Assembly: GCF_009914755.1 (NCBI RefSeq)
Contig: NC_060925.1
Length of the DNA stretch: 64,000 nt
DNA from: the human T2T-CHM13v2.0 reference genome, Homo sapiens
Reading direction: 5' to 3' (one strand)
A program made the position numbers and the translations under genes. A model generated the notes under the pieces. That model was given only the letters and a program-made list of their open reading frames with translations, did no database searches and was not told the origin of the DNA. Every line of letters starts with the position of its first letter. Within the stretch, counting starts at the first letter, position 1. Of the stretch, positions 38,201 through 56,142 are shown one piece after another.

Positions 38201-38600
38201 CTGTAGGACATTTTAATTCTAGAGATGTATTCAACCCAAAAATATATTGTTTTCATTTTTACTATAGGCAATCAATTGTCTCTTAAAGGTATCTGAAAAT
38301 TAAGAAAAACTTTATAGTTAACCACATATTTACCGTTTTCAGTACTCATTATTCTTTTCTGTAGATTTAAATTTTCCTCTGATATCTCTTTCCATCTGAA
38401 GACCTTCCATTATCATTTCTCACAGTATATGTTTGCTTATCACTAATTCTTTCAGTGTTTTATGTATGAGAAAGCCTTTTGTGTGTGTGTTTCATTTTGA
38501 ACGGTACTTTTATTGGTATCAAAATATATTCTAAGTTGACAGTTTTTTTTCCTTTCAGTCCTATGAAAACGTTCCACTGTTTTCTGAATTCCATTGATCA
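35270..38600 (-). mobile_element. Old L1M (antisense) with a nested younger L1MA at ~36770-37935
   Basis: Continuous antisense L1 ORF2/3'UTR motifs. Confidence 0.8.
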
Positions 38601-39829
38601 CCGAAATATTGTTAGCCAAATTTAGAACTTAACTGTAGCATCTGTGTACTATTTTACGGCCTATTTTGTTTGTTTACTATTTCTCCCTTGTTTACATTTG
38701 TATACAAGTTTGAATTTGCATTTTTTGTCTCAATGTGTTTTTTTCTTTATGTGTACATTTTATTAAAAACATTTTTATTAGTTACTTCAAACATTTTATG
38801 AAAAGGCCAGAATATAGAGAAGTAAACCAACAAATAAAATAGTTGTACTTACATGGTACCTTGGAAGCATAAGCATAAATAAAATAGTATAGATGAAGTT
38901 TTTATATTAGCTCACTGCTGTATCTTAGAGAAGGCCCACGGAGTTGGTGAATAAGATAAATGTGGTTGAAAAGGACAACAAGAAATCTCTAGAGCCTAAG
39001 TGCTGTCCAATGAATAGAGGCCTAGATAAAATGTCATAGTGTAGACCAAAAACATGTGTGCCAGTGGAAGGGTCTGGGCACTTCAGATCGGGGTTTGGAG
39101 GGAGCTGAGTATACTAAAAAAGAGCAATTGGAGCTGAAGGCAAGCTTTGTCTAGTTCACAATGTTGCCAAGAAAAATCACTGATCTTTTGTGTGGGATCA
39201 TACATGCTATGATGCCTCTATGTCTGACAGTCTAACTAGAATATGAGCATATATAAATGTGTCTAGCTTAATACATAAGCTCCAAAGAGGGCCAGGAACA
39301 TTCTTTTACTTTGAACACAACAGTACTAAAAATTTAAATAGGTTCTTTCTCTGAAATGTTAATAAGGGATAGGTCAAAGAAAATAGAGTAAACATCCATT
39401 TTTAGTTGTTTAGTACTATATCTTCACTCATGCTACAAATCCCCAGAAATGTTAAAAACATTAAGTTTGCAAATATATGCATAGCTTCAATAAAAAACAT
39501 AAAGGTTAATAATTAACAGGATAAGAATTCTGGGAGGCTTATGAAAGATGAAAAACACACAGACTCCGTAATCTATAATGCTTATAATGATGCTGCAGAA
39601 GATGGAAGGAAATACCAGAACCAATAAGGATAAACATTTATAAAATCCCAAATCTAGATATATTGCAGCAAAATTTTGAATATCTTAATAGAGAGGAAAA
39701 TCTTCCACTATTACCAAAGACAAACCCAAAATTATCTATATGGGGAAAGAAAAATCATATAGACATCAGACTGACATCAGGCTTCTCATAAACAGTCATT
39801 CTGTAAATATAATGAATCAATATCTTCTG

Positions 39830-40055
39830 CGAATAACCAACATTTATTGAGGACTGTTCTAAGCATTTTCAAATTTAATTCTTCTAACATTATTATGTGC
39901 ATACCATTATTGTTTCCATTTCACAGATAAGGAATTAAAGTACAGAGAAGCCAAGTAGCCTGCACAAGATCACATAGCTAGAAAATGACATGGCATAGAG
40001 TAGTTGGAAATACACCATGCTAAGAGTCAGAGTCCTGGATTCAAGTTCTTGCTGA
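39830..40055 (-). mobile_element. MIR SINE
   Basis: ccatttcacagataaggaattaaagtacagagaag...aagatcacatagctag. Confidence 0.7.
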
Positions 40056-41824
40056 TGACTGTTGACATCTCTTCTAGCGTTAATAATGTGTAATTATGCA
40101 ATTCTTCTATATTTAAGGCACCTTTGTATATGCAGTGAAGAATGAGAAATGTGATAGAATCTCGACTGATCTAGACTCAGGAAATTAAAAACACAGGTCA
40201 AGATCTCCAAACTGTCATTCAAAATGTGGACATAGGAAAAAAATTTTAATGTCGATAGTTAGATATTTTATTTTACCTTATATTTTTGGTAGGTACACTG
40301 GCTTTCCATTTAGGAGAGAGATAAAGTGTTTCATTAGAATGAATTTGTTTGAGTAAAAACAATTTAGATACTCATGCAGTGTGTGTGAAGATGTGCCCCA
40401 AGTCATGAGGGTGTATGTAAAGAAGTAAAGTTTGGAAAAGCTGAACTTGAGAGTGGTTCTCCTTCTTTGTTGGACTGCTAAATTTTGATCAACACATAAC
40501 ATTTCTTTGTTTTTATTTGTTATTATTACTTACTGTTACAGTGATGACTTTCAACCACTCTTTGCTGAGTGGGTTCTAAGACAAGAAGGTTATAACTTGC
40601 TTGGAATAAGAGCTTAGAAGGACAGAGTAATATCAAGGCATTGTTTGTGTTAGGTGGAACTACATGAAATTGCCAGTCAGAAACTGTCCAATATCAGTAA
40701 TTCACATGATTTGACTTGTATGTTAGTGTTAGGGTCACCTGCTGTGCAACAAACCACCCCAAAATTCAGTGGCTTAAACAACAGACGGTTTACCATGTCT
40801 AATGATTCTGAGTTTTGGGGGCTGAAGGTAGCTCCACGTCTTGATGTGTGTGGGAGCATGCATCTACAGATTGGAAAGGAATTGTTGGGAACCATGTTTG
40901 TTGGCCAGGTACCACAAAAACATTTCTTTGATGAATATCAGAGAGATGAGTCAGGGCAGTTCTATTCAAACAAAGACACAATGTGACAAGTGAGTAGTAT
41001 CATTGTGGATGCTATTTATTCCTTAGAGTGTGCTAATACAAATTATACTCAAAAGGGTACTGTGACATGAAAATGTCCACAAACACTGATTCATAATCTA
41101 AGTGGAGTGATAAGATTGCCATAATTCGAGTAAAGACTGATTAATAGGTAGAGATAAAAAGTGAAAGGGGGGCAAACACTAGCTCTGGCCAGGAGGGACT
41201 GAAGTAATCAAGCATGGGTCCATGGAGGAGGTGTTATTTGATCTGTGTCATGAATCAAGGGATAAGATTTAGACAAGTTAATATGAGGAATGGCAGAGAT
41301 ATTCAAAGTAAAGGGGAAAGATTCAGCAAAGGTGTGAAGGTAGCAAAGTCTTGGATGTCTATGTAGAGAAGAGTATATTGGTCTATTTGGCAAAAACATG
41401 AGGGTGCGTAAAAGCGTACAGTGAGAACCAAGGTTGGAAAACTGAGTGGTAATGAATTGAAGGCCTTGAATGGCAGACTTCAGGGTTGGGCCTTGTTCAG
41501 CAGTGAAAGCCATTGAATGGGGCTAACAAGATCAGAACAAGTCTTAAGGAGGCTGGCACCTCATGTTGGGCTTGTATTTTCTATCCATACCTCTACTCCC
41601 TGACTATTCCCACAGACTCTCCTCCCAGATTCCTCCCTCTACTGGTAATTACCTTTTTGTTATTTAATGCCAGGGCTGCCACATTACTGAGAAACAGGAG
41701 AACCAGTTTTCTTATGTTATACATGTATGCAACAGGATATTATATAACTATTAAATGACATTCTCCAAAATTATTTATGGACATCAGGAAATGCTTATGT
41801 TAATAAATTAATAAAAGCAGAAAA

Positions 41825-42128
41825 GTCCTGGTGTGGTGGCTTATGCCTGTAATCCAATCACTTTGGGAGACTGAGGCGGGCAGATCACCTGAGGTTGGGA
41901 GTTTGAGACCAGCCTGACCAACATGGAGAGACCCCGTCTCTACTAAAAATACAAAAAATTAGACGGGCGTGGTGGTGCATGCCTGTAATCCCAGCTCCTC
42001 AGGAGGCTGAGGCAGGTGAATCGCTTGAACCTGAGAGGCAGAGGTTGCCAGTGAGCCGAGATCACGCAATTGCACTCCAGCCTGGGCAACAAGAGCGAAA
42101 CTCAGTCTCAGGAAAAAAAAGAAAAAAA
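41825..42128 (+). mobile_element. AluSp/Sq-like element
   Basis: cctgaccaacatggagagaccc diagnostics; TSD aaaagcaga. Confidence 0.93.
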
Positions 42129-44369
42129 AGCAGATTAAAATTATATATATAATTTGAATGCATCATAAAAATCTGAAGCTGAGAAACTTCATGTACATAT
42201 ATAGAGAGAAGAAGAAATCAAAGTGTTAAAATTGATAGTGGCATTAAGGGTATTAGAATATATTTACAGTTATAGTCAGAAAAGGTTTTTTTTTTTTTTT
42301 GCACTAATCACAGCAAGTAAGTCTTCAAACAGAAACCAAGTAAAAATAGCATCATACCTGAACCTGGGAATTGGAATCCTCAAAGACCCATAAATATTCA
42401 GGGCTTTGAGATCCAGATATGGGGTGAGACAGCTGCTTTGATGGAGTATTTGAATGTTTGCTCCAAAGAGAATAGAAAGGAGAGGAAAGTACTTGAATAA
42501 TCTTTCACCACCAAGCTGCCTCTGAATTTCTAAATAAAGCCTTGAGTGGAGGGAAGATAACATGAGGAGCCTGCACACCATCACTCCGCACTCTCATAAG
42601 GCTTGCAGTTGGGCGACCCAGCCATAACCATTTGGTAAAAATGTTACACTGAAGGGAAATATGGAGGTTGAAACTGCCAGGCACGATCATTTCACCAGCT
42701 ATCCAGCCTCGAAATGGTACCTTATGCAAATTTTGATTTTTATCCCTCAAGCATCTTTTGTTCCCTCTTTTCCAGTCTTGAATAGTATATTATTATACTA
42801 TGCGAATCTGCTTAGACAGAAGCAGATTAAGGAGGACTTATGGAAATCCAGGGAAAGGAGAAAAAGTGTCATATAGTTATTCTAAATCATCATATGTGAA
42901 CAACAAGATTTATTAATTCATTGATTTGCTCAGAAATTTCAACCAAGTAGCTCTGAAATTTTGTCTATGTCTTTGACATGAGAAAATTGTCCTCCTATCT
43001 GTCTCTCCCAGATTTACTCTTCCTAACTGAGGTCTGCTTTTTGACCCCTCTTTCTGCCATCCCAAGGGAACACGGGCTCTTCGATGGCTTAGCTGAATAG
43101 CTGGAGTCTTAGTTTTTCAAATTCTCCAAACCAAGTCAAGAAACTTTAGAAGGCTTTTACAGGTATTTTTAGAGCTTTCCCAGAAAAAGAAAGGAGAAAT
43201 GTGACTAACAGTAGCAAGGGAATTCTAGAGAACTAGATCTTTCTTTTTCCTATTTCCTCTTGAAGAAAGATATCGTCAGCATCTTAGGATAATGAAAACA
43301 TAAGCCAACTTGTTTCTTTTCAATCAATAGATGAGGTTGTGACCAACATAATGAAAGAGGTGGGGAGAATAAGGGCCTTGAAAGTTTTCTTTCATTCAGT
43401 GATCCCATTGCTCCGGGGTTGACCCTGTTGCAATAGTTCTTCGGGCTGACCAAAGCTGAGGAACAAAAATCTCTGTTTGATGCATCTGGAACATTTTTAA
43501 TGGTTTTGATACAAAGAACTGTTAGCTGGTATTTATTAAGAATCTGCTACATAGTTATCCTGGATTAAGTGCTTTGCATGAATTATTTTCTTTATCTGAC
43601 TGATAGGAAAACTAAACTCTAGCTCTTAAGTAATTTTTCCAAGGTTGGGACATGATAGAGCTATGGCTGACCACAGTTTGTCTGATTTCAAAGCCTGCAC
43701 TATTATTCTCTATGCTGTGCTATCTTTAATTCATATACATGAAATAAACTTCCACAGGCTTAGACATCTTTGAAGGACAGATGGTAAGTAGTCCTAAAAA
43801 AGAAATTTATCTTAAGTCCTCAGTTTGTTATGGGAAGGAAGAAGGGCTGATAATATTGCTCAGATAAGTTTTTGCTTCGTATTTGCCTGAAGAGCATACG
43901 AATCCCAGAGTACTTATGCTAAACATCCAGGACTGTGCACTGGACACTTACCTTATATCTGTTGAATTAAAAGAAACGTATGAGTTACAATGTTTAAACA
44001 GCCATCTGCCATCATGAGCGAATTCTTGAGGAAATTGCTTGGGACCTAAAGTACAACATACGTTCGATCTTTGTGTATATTTGTACTTTTTCAATTTGGA
44101 AACTTTGAAAGAAAGAGGTAAAAAGGGGAGTGAGAAAGAAAATGAAAAAAAAGAAAAAAGGGGGATTGTCTTAAAAGGCAAAACAAGTGTTTTGTGGTAT
44201 TTTGTACTCGTGAGAGAAAGAGAAAAAATAAAGCTGCCCAAATAGACACAGCCTGACACCAAATCAGCGGTATTAACACCAAACAAAGAGAGAAGGCCAT
44301 AGGATAATAAAGAAAACTTAGCTGAAATTAATCACTTTAGAAAAGAGAAGGATCATTCAAATTTTATGC

Positions 44370-44845
44370 ATGGTAGGCTGAATAATGGCCCCTCAAAGAA
44401 TTATCCCCGGAACCTGGGGCTACGTTAATTTATGTGGTAAAACTGACTTTGCAAATGTGATCAAATTAAGAATCTTGAGATGAGGAGATTCTATTGCATT
44501 ACTAAAGTGGGTCCAACGTAATCAAAAAGGTACTTAATAGAGGAAATTGGGAGGGACAGTCAGAAAAGGAGATGTGACAGCAGAAGCAAAGTGACACATT
44601 TTAAAGATGGAGACAGGAGGCGAGTCAAGGAATGCAAGTGGCCTCTAGAAGCTGAAAATAGCAGGGAAATGAAATCTCCTTTGGAACCCCCAGAAGCAAT
44701 GCAGCCATGCAGACACCTTGACTTAAGCCTCATAAAACTCATTTTATACTTCTTACCTCCAGAACTGAAAGATAATAGATATTTTTCAAGCCACTTATTT
44801 TGTGATAATTTGCTAAAGCAAAAATAGGAAACTAATGGAATACAT
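44370..44845 (+). mobile_element. MLT1 (MaLR) LTR
   Basis: tggtaggctgaataatggcccc...gactttgcaaatgtga...cagccatgcagacaccttgac...ggaaactaat. Confidence 0.88.
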
Positions 44846-45309
44846 ACAGTTCAGAGAATTCTAAGGATTCACAATGCAAAAAAATACCTCCTCTAGTCAT
44901 TTTATTCCTCACTCTAATATCTAGTCTATCCCCCAGAACTACCTACTCTTCCTGCCTTCCTGAGCATCTTTCTTTCCCACTTGGTCTCTGCTGGTCCTCA
45001 TCTTTCACACTTGAGTGACTTCAGACAGCTGTCTCCTGGTTATTGTCCCCATTCCTTCCATGCTAATTAGAGTGTGTCCCACACCCATTGCCTGGCTTCA
45101 CATTTATAAGTGTTTCTACCAAAACCTTTGTTGGATACATGTTACTTAAAGATAAAAAGTCCCAGCTCTTCACAATAACATACCAAACCCTCTATCCTTC
45201 CAGTTTCTTATCATCTTCAACCATGACACAACTATAACCCTTCAATTCACTCCATTCTGTCCAGCCTCCAGGCCTGTGCTACTATTACAACCTCTGCTAA
45301 ACTAGAAAT

Positions 45310-48040
<2,731 letters not shown>

Positions 48041-48070
48041 TCTCATCCATTCATTAAGAAAGTATGTCTT

Positions 48071-48439
<369 letters not shown>

Positions 48440-51400
48440 TTAGAGAACCCTGGTTATAGCTGAGAAGTCAAGGCATACACACGCAACAGTACCAAGCAGG
48501 ATATTTCAGACAGAGGACCTGTAAGCAAAGGCAAAGGGGACAGAAAAGATACGGTGTGTTCTGGGGATGGTGAGTGATCCCACCAGAGAAGAGAATCACA
48601 TCCCACATATTAAGAAAAAAATAATTGCTAATTCTTGAGCAGTCCTAGTGAGTGGAGACAGATTGCCAAACAGCATAGAATAGGGAGCTTAGCATGGACC
48701 TTTGTTAAGATCCTAACACTTTTAAAATAAAAATTGATGTGTACTAACCAGGCTTTGAAAGGTGAAAGAGTTCTAGCAAACTAAATAATTTTAATTTCTC
48801 ATTAAGTCTCTAAATAAGGGGAATGTGGTAGACATGATGAAATCAGAATCTTTGGGGCAGATGTGGAACAGTTACAATGACTGAGTAAATGTCTGCACAA
48901 TGTGCCCTGGGTGAACGGGTCAGTTGCTTAAGTTTCTTATGTGGGGGAATCTCAGCTAGAGTAGACAGGCGCACAGATGTGTGTTAATCAGTTGTGTGTA
49001 ATAAGGAATCTGTTACTAATGTTGAAAAGTAAATTAACATATATTAAAAGTTTTCCCTCTAATAAATGTCTCACTCATTGACATTCAGATGGTTTAGGTG
49101 AATAAGATACAAGGTATGGGATTTGCAATCAGCAGGATAAAATGAAGACAACCCTCAAATGCCCTTAAAGCATCTGGGGGTACCCACGGCAATGTGTTGT
49201 GTGTCTGTGCATTGCTACAGAGAAAGCTGCTGGCTTCATGGTTAGAAGCATGGCTTTCTGTGATCCCAGTGTCATGATCTGGATCTGAGATGAGGCAGAA
49301 ATTGGAAATAGTTGAACAAGGATTTTTAAAGATCCCAACCAGCATCATGAAAAAGAATAGGAAAAAGTTAATTGCAGATAATATAAAATCCGATTCTAGT
49401 CCAAACTGGTCAGAGCATAATTGGAACATTGTTTTAAAATCCTGTTCATCAACCATTGTAAAAGGGGCAGTAATTAAATGAAGCTAATCAAGAGGAAATC
49501 AATCAGGCTGGAGACAGTGATTAAGGTAAGGAACTCGGATGTTTAGATTAGAAAGAGAAGACTTGAGGATATGAAATCTGCCTTCAAATATATGAACTGC
49601 TATTATTAAAAATGGCAAAATAATAGGAAGAATATGGAACTTTTTACGGAGATAGGGGTTGTGCTGTTAAGGACTTCAGGATTCCTTTTAAACTTGAGAT
49701 TCTGGGAAACCTAGAGTATGATTTTATGATAAATCAGGAAGGCTATGTTTGATACCCAGGGCCTCGGGTATCAAAGCCAAAGAACAGAGTAGAGCCCAAA
49801 TGGGTCCATTGCCAGCAGGACTTCCTTCAGTAGTAATTCTAAGGAGGGCATCCAGGGGACAAGCCAAAGGGTTAGTTAACAAACAGGAAGGTTGGAGAAA
49901 TGCCACGATGATGGGAAGACAGAACTCCAAAAAAGAATGTGGCACAGGCAACTGGAGAAGCAAAAAAATCAGGCTGTCACAACCAGAGGGACTGGAGCAG
50001 AAGGGAAATAAAATAATAAAGCTGGTTGTTGGGATGGGATGACAGAGTGACATAGCAAGAGTCAGTTTAGGTCAAATCTGGTGGCCACCACATTAAGGAT
50101 GATTTGTGCTTGGCACAGAGTAATCACTCAAGAAACATAAGCTATTATTATTTGTAACTTTTGTCCTGATCAGCTGAGTTAAAATGAGGTATTTAAAATG
50201 ACTGGGGCAACCTCAGTCAGGACCAGATGATGAAGGGCCTTGAATGCCACCCTAAGGATTATGGATGTCATTCTGCAGGTAAAAAGAAGCATACGAAGTT
50301 ATTTGAGTTGGGATATGCTTTAGAAGCATTATTCATTCAGCATTGTGAAGAGTAGATAGGTATTACAGGAGAGGAAGAAAGCCATTAGTTAAGGCTTCTT
50401 GAAAAAATAAAAAAGGAATTAATGTTGGCCTTAATGGGAGTGGTGGTAGGTTAGGAGTAGGGGATCTGAGTAAGAACCCAAAGTGGGAACTTAAGGACAT
50501 ATTACCTAATCGAATCATGGAGCTGGCTGTGTATAGAGCCAAAATGGGAAATAAAAGATGGAACATCAGGTAGTTATCCTTATTTAGGATATGACAGAAC
50601 AGGTTGAGAACAACTAACCCCATTAAACTCACCCCAGCTGATCTGAAACCAAGAGAAACTCCTTAATAACTATAAAATTTCAAGCACTTGAAATGTAAGG
50701 CTTTGGTTCTTTTCATGGTTTCTTTCTTCATTCAAGTTGATGATAGAAGAAAGTTAAATTTAAACTTCTACTTGAATCTGAGCTGATCAGGTTAGTTAAC
50801 AAACAAGAAGGCCTAGAAGCAATGGGGGAGAAAAACATTTTCTCACAGAAGCTAAAGGAAGAGGGAGTGTCAAGGATGGAGTGTTCTACTGTTTCAGGTG
50901 CTACAGAGTAGTAATGCAAGAATTGAAAAGTGGCCACGTATTTAGATTCAAGGCACATCCTACAGATTCATATATTAATACCAAGATTATAGGAAATGAT
51001 GTAAACTTTTTAATATATGGTGGTAAATAAAGTCTTGTAATCATTACTGAGATTTGGAGAGAGAGAATTCAAAATTAGAATATAATAAAGGAAGGATATT
51101 TTTAAACATTGTAAGAGACTACTTAATAGGGAAGCAAAACTTCATTAATAGGGAAGAAGAGGGGAAACTTGCCAAGAAGATATATGGCTGAGTAGATATC
51201 TATGGACCTAAAGACAGAAGAGATTATGGAGAATATTTGGATGAGTACAAAGTGGATAGTAACTAATTTAATGAATGCAATGTTAGCTCCTGACGCATTC
51301 TTAATTATATAAGGAGCTGGTATGAGACCAATTCATTCATTACCTCTTGATATATTCAGCAAATTGTATCTGATGTTAAGGAACCACCAGGGATTTTAGA

Positions 51401-51514
51401 CAAAGGGTTGCAGAGGTGGTGACATCTGGGTTGATTCCCGAAAGATGGCTGATTGTTATTCCAACTTCCTCTAATCAGGAGTTCTAACTTAAGAAAAAAG
51501 GATGGATGTCAGGA

Positions 51515-52940
51515 ACACTCACTGGTAAAAGGACAAGTTCTTCAATAAATGATGCTAGGAAAACTGGATATCTATATGCAGAAGAATGAAACTAGACCAC
51601 CAACTCTCCCTCTATACAAAAGTCAACTCAAAATGGATCAAATACCTAAATGTAAGACCCCAAACTATAAAACTACTGGAAGAAAACATAGGGGAAATAA
51701 TTCAGGAACATTGGTCTGGGAAATGATTTTATGAATCATTTCCTCAAAAGCATAGGTAACACATGCAAAAGTAAACAAATGGGATTATGTCACACTAAAA
51801 AGCTTCTGCATGGTAAAAGAAATAATCAACAGAGTGAAAAGATAACCTAAAAGATTGGAGAAAATATTTGTTTGCTATTCATGCAACAGTATATGAATAT
51901 CTAGAATATATGAGGAACTGAACTATCTCAACAGCAAAAAAAAAAAATCTGATTAAAAAATGTGCAAATGATCTAAACAGATGTTCCTCAAGAGAAGACA
52001 TAAAAATGACTAACAAATATATGAGACTATGCTCAACATCATTAATCATCAGAGAAATGCAAATCAAAACCACAATGAGGTATCATCTTACCCCAGTTAA
52101 GATGGCTATTATCAAAAAGACAAAAAAATAAAACTGTGAGTATGCAGAGAAAAAGGAACTCTGACATACTGTTGGTGGGAATGTAAATTAGTACAGCCAC
52201 TATGTAGAACAGTATGGAGTTTCCTCAAAAAATATATAAATATATAAAGAACTACCATATGATCCAGCCATTCTACTACTGGGCATTTATCCAAAGGAAA
52301 GGAAATCATTATATCAAAGAGACATCTGCACATCTATGTTTATTGCAGCACTATTCACAATAGCCAAGATATGGAATCAACCTAGGTGTCCAAAAGTAGA
52401 TGAATGGATGAAGAAAATGTAGTATATATACAAAATGGAATACTATTCAGTCATAAAAAGAATGAAATTCTGCCATTTGTAACAACATGGATGGAACTGG
52501 AAGACATATTAAATGAAATAAGCCACAAACAGAAAGTTGAACACCACATGGTCTCACTCACAGATGGAAGCTAAAAAAAAGTTGATCTCATTGAAGTAAA
52601 AAGTAGAACAGAGGATCCTAGAGACTGGGAAGGGTGGAGGGATGGGGGGATAGGGACAGAATAGTTAAAGGATACAAAATTACAGCTAGATAGGAGAAAT
52701 AAGTTCTAGTGTTCAGTAGCACCAAAGGATGACTATGGTTAACACTAATATATAGTTTCAGGTTATTGAAACCTGAAAGAAGGAGGTTATTGAATGTCCT
52801 CAGCAAAAGAAATGACAAATGTTTGAGATGATGGATATGCTAATTATCCTGATCTGATCATGATACATTATATGTATTGAAACATCACTACGAACCCCAT
52901 AATTATGTACAGTTATTACATGTCAAAAATAAAAAAGAAA
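51515..52940 (+). mobile_element. L1MA 3' portion (ORF2 end plus 3'UTR)
   Basis: aaatgcaaatcaaaaccacaatgaggtatcatcttacccc...tacaaaattacagctagataggag. Confidence 0.9.
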
Positions 52941-53983
52941 CGGATGGTTAAAAGTATGGCTGTTATAGTTAGGCCTTTTTTTGTTGAAGATAAAAAACCA
53001 ATTCAATCTGGTAAAAGAGGAATTCTATGAACCTACCTAGCTAAACCTTGGGAAAGGTAGGATAGATCATTGGAAGCACAAACTCAGGACTCTTAATTTT
53101 TCCTTTTCTCATCTCTTCTCCTCTCTATGGGCCAAATTTCTACTCTTCAGATAAGATCATCCATAAGTTGGGAGGACAGGCATTGCTGAAGGAAGCTTTT
53201 CTGATCTGAGAGGAAAAATATTCTCTTTCTTTACCTTCAGTTTGAAAATGTCTATAGAAGGAATCTGATTATAATAATATAATTATAATCAATTATACAA
53301 TTAATTTTAATTAATTAATTAACAATATAATTATAATTAATCAGATTCCTTCCATAATTAATCAGATTCCAATTAACAAGGGCAGGATTCCTGCCCTTAT
53401 TAGCATCTTAAATCAGGGAGACAGGGTCAGCTCGTCTGATGCATAACCATGATGGGAAATGTACCTTGTCCCTGAGGGAACTGTGAGCAGGCATCTCTGT
53501 TTATGTCTAATCCAATGGCATACCTAGGGAATTATAAGTGATTTGATGTTACTGAATCTGAGGGAAGGCTAAAAGCAGATATTCTAGTTAAGAAGTTATT
53601 TTAATACAAGTAGAAAATGGTGAAGGCTTGAACTAAGGCAATGGTAGTTCCCACAGAAAGGCATGGAGATGAGAAAATTTGAAAAGTAGAATTGATAGAA
53701 CTTGGTGATAGATTTCTGAGAAAAATAAGGGAGAAGTCAAAATAAAGGAAAAATACAAGAATCCCAGATTTGGGAAAGAGAAGATGGGTATAATAGTCAC
53801 CGAAATAGTAATTAAATAGGATTTAATGACAGAGATTAGGATTATACAATCTCTGTATACAGAGATGAATACACAGATCAGAGTCAAGAAAGAAACCAGA
53901 GCTGGAGATACAGACTGGGAGTCATCAGACAAAGATGGTTGGTGAAGTCAGAGAGATGCATGAGATCACCAAGATAACATATA

Positions 53984-54331
53984 CAGTTATGTATCACTTA
54001 AGGATAGGATACATTCTGAGAAATGCATCGTTAGGTGATTTTGTAGTTGGATGAACATCATAGAGTGCACTTAACACAAACATAGATGGTGTAGCCTACT
54101 ACACACCTGGCCTAGATGGTATAGTCTACTGCTCCTAGGCTATGAACCTGTACAGCATGCTACTGTGCTGAATACTGTAAGCAGTTGTAACACAGTGGTC
54201 AGTATTTGTGTACCTAAACATATCTAAACATAGAAAAGCTACCGTAAAAATATGGTATTATAATCTTATGGAACTGCTGTCATATATGCAGTCCATTGTT
54301 TACTGAAACGTCATTATGTGGCAGATGGCTG
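53984..54331. mobile_element. Tigger3a-like (TcMar) DNA transposon inserted in an L2
   Basis: TA|cagttatg...cagatggctg|TA termini; cattctgagaaatgcatcgttagg and ctcctaggcta motifs. Confidence 0.8.
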
Positions 54332-54749
54332 TATAAAGTAAGGGAAAAAAAACTAAAATCCTAAGGACACCAATATTTAATGAGAAAAGATAGTAGAGTA
54401 AATGAATTCAACAAAGAACAATAAAAGGAAATAGTCAGGAAACCAAAGCGGTAAGAGTGTACTTAGTATACCAGGGAAGGAAAATTTCAAGCAGGGAACG
54501 TGGTCAATGATGACATTTGCTGTAGTGAAATTGAGTAAAACAATGACTGCAGTGAAATAGAATAAAACAATGATTTCAGAGTGAACATTGCATTTGGCAC
54601 TTACTGAGGCTGCCGGTAAGTGTTGCCAAAGCAATTTCAGAGGAGTCAAAAGAATGATATGTGATAACAGTGATTTGAGGAGCAAATGAGAGGTAAAGAA
54701 ATGGTAACAGCAATTATGGATTAACCCTTTAGAAAGTTTGCTTATGAAA

Positions 54750-56098
54750 GTGTCATTTAAAGAAGTCAGAACCAATGCCAACAAGTATGTTTTCATTTCC
54801 CTTGGATAAAAAAAAAACTAGATGTGAAATTGCTGGGTCATGGGGTTGTGTATATTTAGCTTTACAAGAAACTATAAACTTTTCCAAGTAGTCATGCCAT
54901 TGCACACTGCCACCACCAAAGTATGAGAGTCCCTCTTGGGCCACATTCTTGTCAATGCTTGGTATTAACTTTAACCATTCTAGTAGATAAAGAGTGGCAT
55001 ATCATGGTGATTTTAATTTACATTTCCCTGAAGACGAGTGCTGTTGGGAGCTTTTTCTGTGTTTATTGACCATTCATATATTCTGTTTTTAATTGTCTCA
55101 AAATTTTCTGCCCAAATTTTAAAAACTGGGTTGTTGATTTTTAAAATTATTGTTACTTAATACCATAATTGTCTATATAACTTAGAAACAAGTCCTTCAT
55201 CAGATATACATGTAGCAAATGTTTCCACAGTCTTTAGCTCACATCATTGTTTTATTATCAGTGTTTCATTGAGAGAAGTTCTTAATATTTATAAATTACA
55301 CTGTATCAATTTTTCTTTATGCTTAATGCTTTTAGAATTCTAAGAAATCTCTGCATATCAGAAAGTCTTAAATATGTTTTCCTGTTATTTTTCCTAGAAG
55401 CTTTACAGTTTTTTTAGTTTAGTCCTGTCATTCATTTCACATTAATATTTATGTATTACATAACATAGCAGTTAAGATTCATATTTTTTCCTTACAAAAA
55501 TCCTGTTGTTACAGCAACATTTGTTTAAAGACTTCCCCTTCTCTATTGAATTGTCTCGGTACCTTGTCAAAAGTAATTGACTTTTAAAAGTGTATATGTT
55601 TATTTTTGGTCTGTCTATCCAGTTTTATTGACCTACTGATCTATATTTTATTAACATCTTACTATTATGATTATATAGCTTTTTAATGAGTTAATAAGTT
55701 ATGGAGTCAGTGTAACTACTACAATTTTATTCTTATTTTTTAAGGTTATATTCCAGGTCCTTTGCATTTTCATATAAAGTTTAGGTTTAGCTATCAGTTT
55801 CTACCACATTTTAAAAAAAAAAAAAAAGGCTGGGCATGGTGGCTCTTGCCTGTAATCCCAGCACTTTGGGAGGCCGAGGCAGGCAGACCACCTGAGGTCA
55901 GGAGTTTAAGACCAGCCTGGCCAACATAGTGAAACCCCATCTCTACTAAAAATGCATAAATTAGCTGGGCGTGGTGGCACATGCCTGTAATCCCAGCTAC
56001 TCAGGAGGCTGAGGCAGGAGAATAACCGGAACCCAGAAGGTGGAGGTTGCAGTGAGCTGAGATTGCACTCCAGCCTGGGCGACAGAGCGAGACTCTGT

Positions 56099-56142
<44 letters not shown>

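Noticed and set aside
43775-43955. Consensus splice donors on both strands (GGTAAGT at ~43782, ACTTACC at ~43946) suggesting lncRNA exons
   Set aside because: No paired acceptors or exon chain could be established from the sequence alone.
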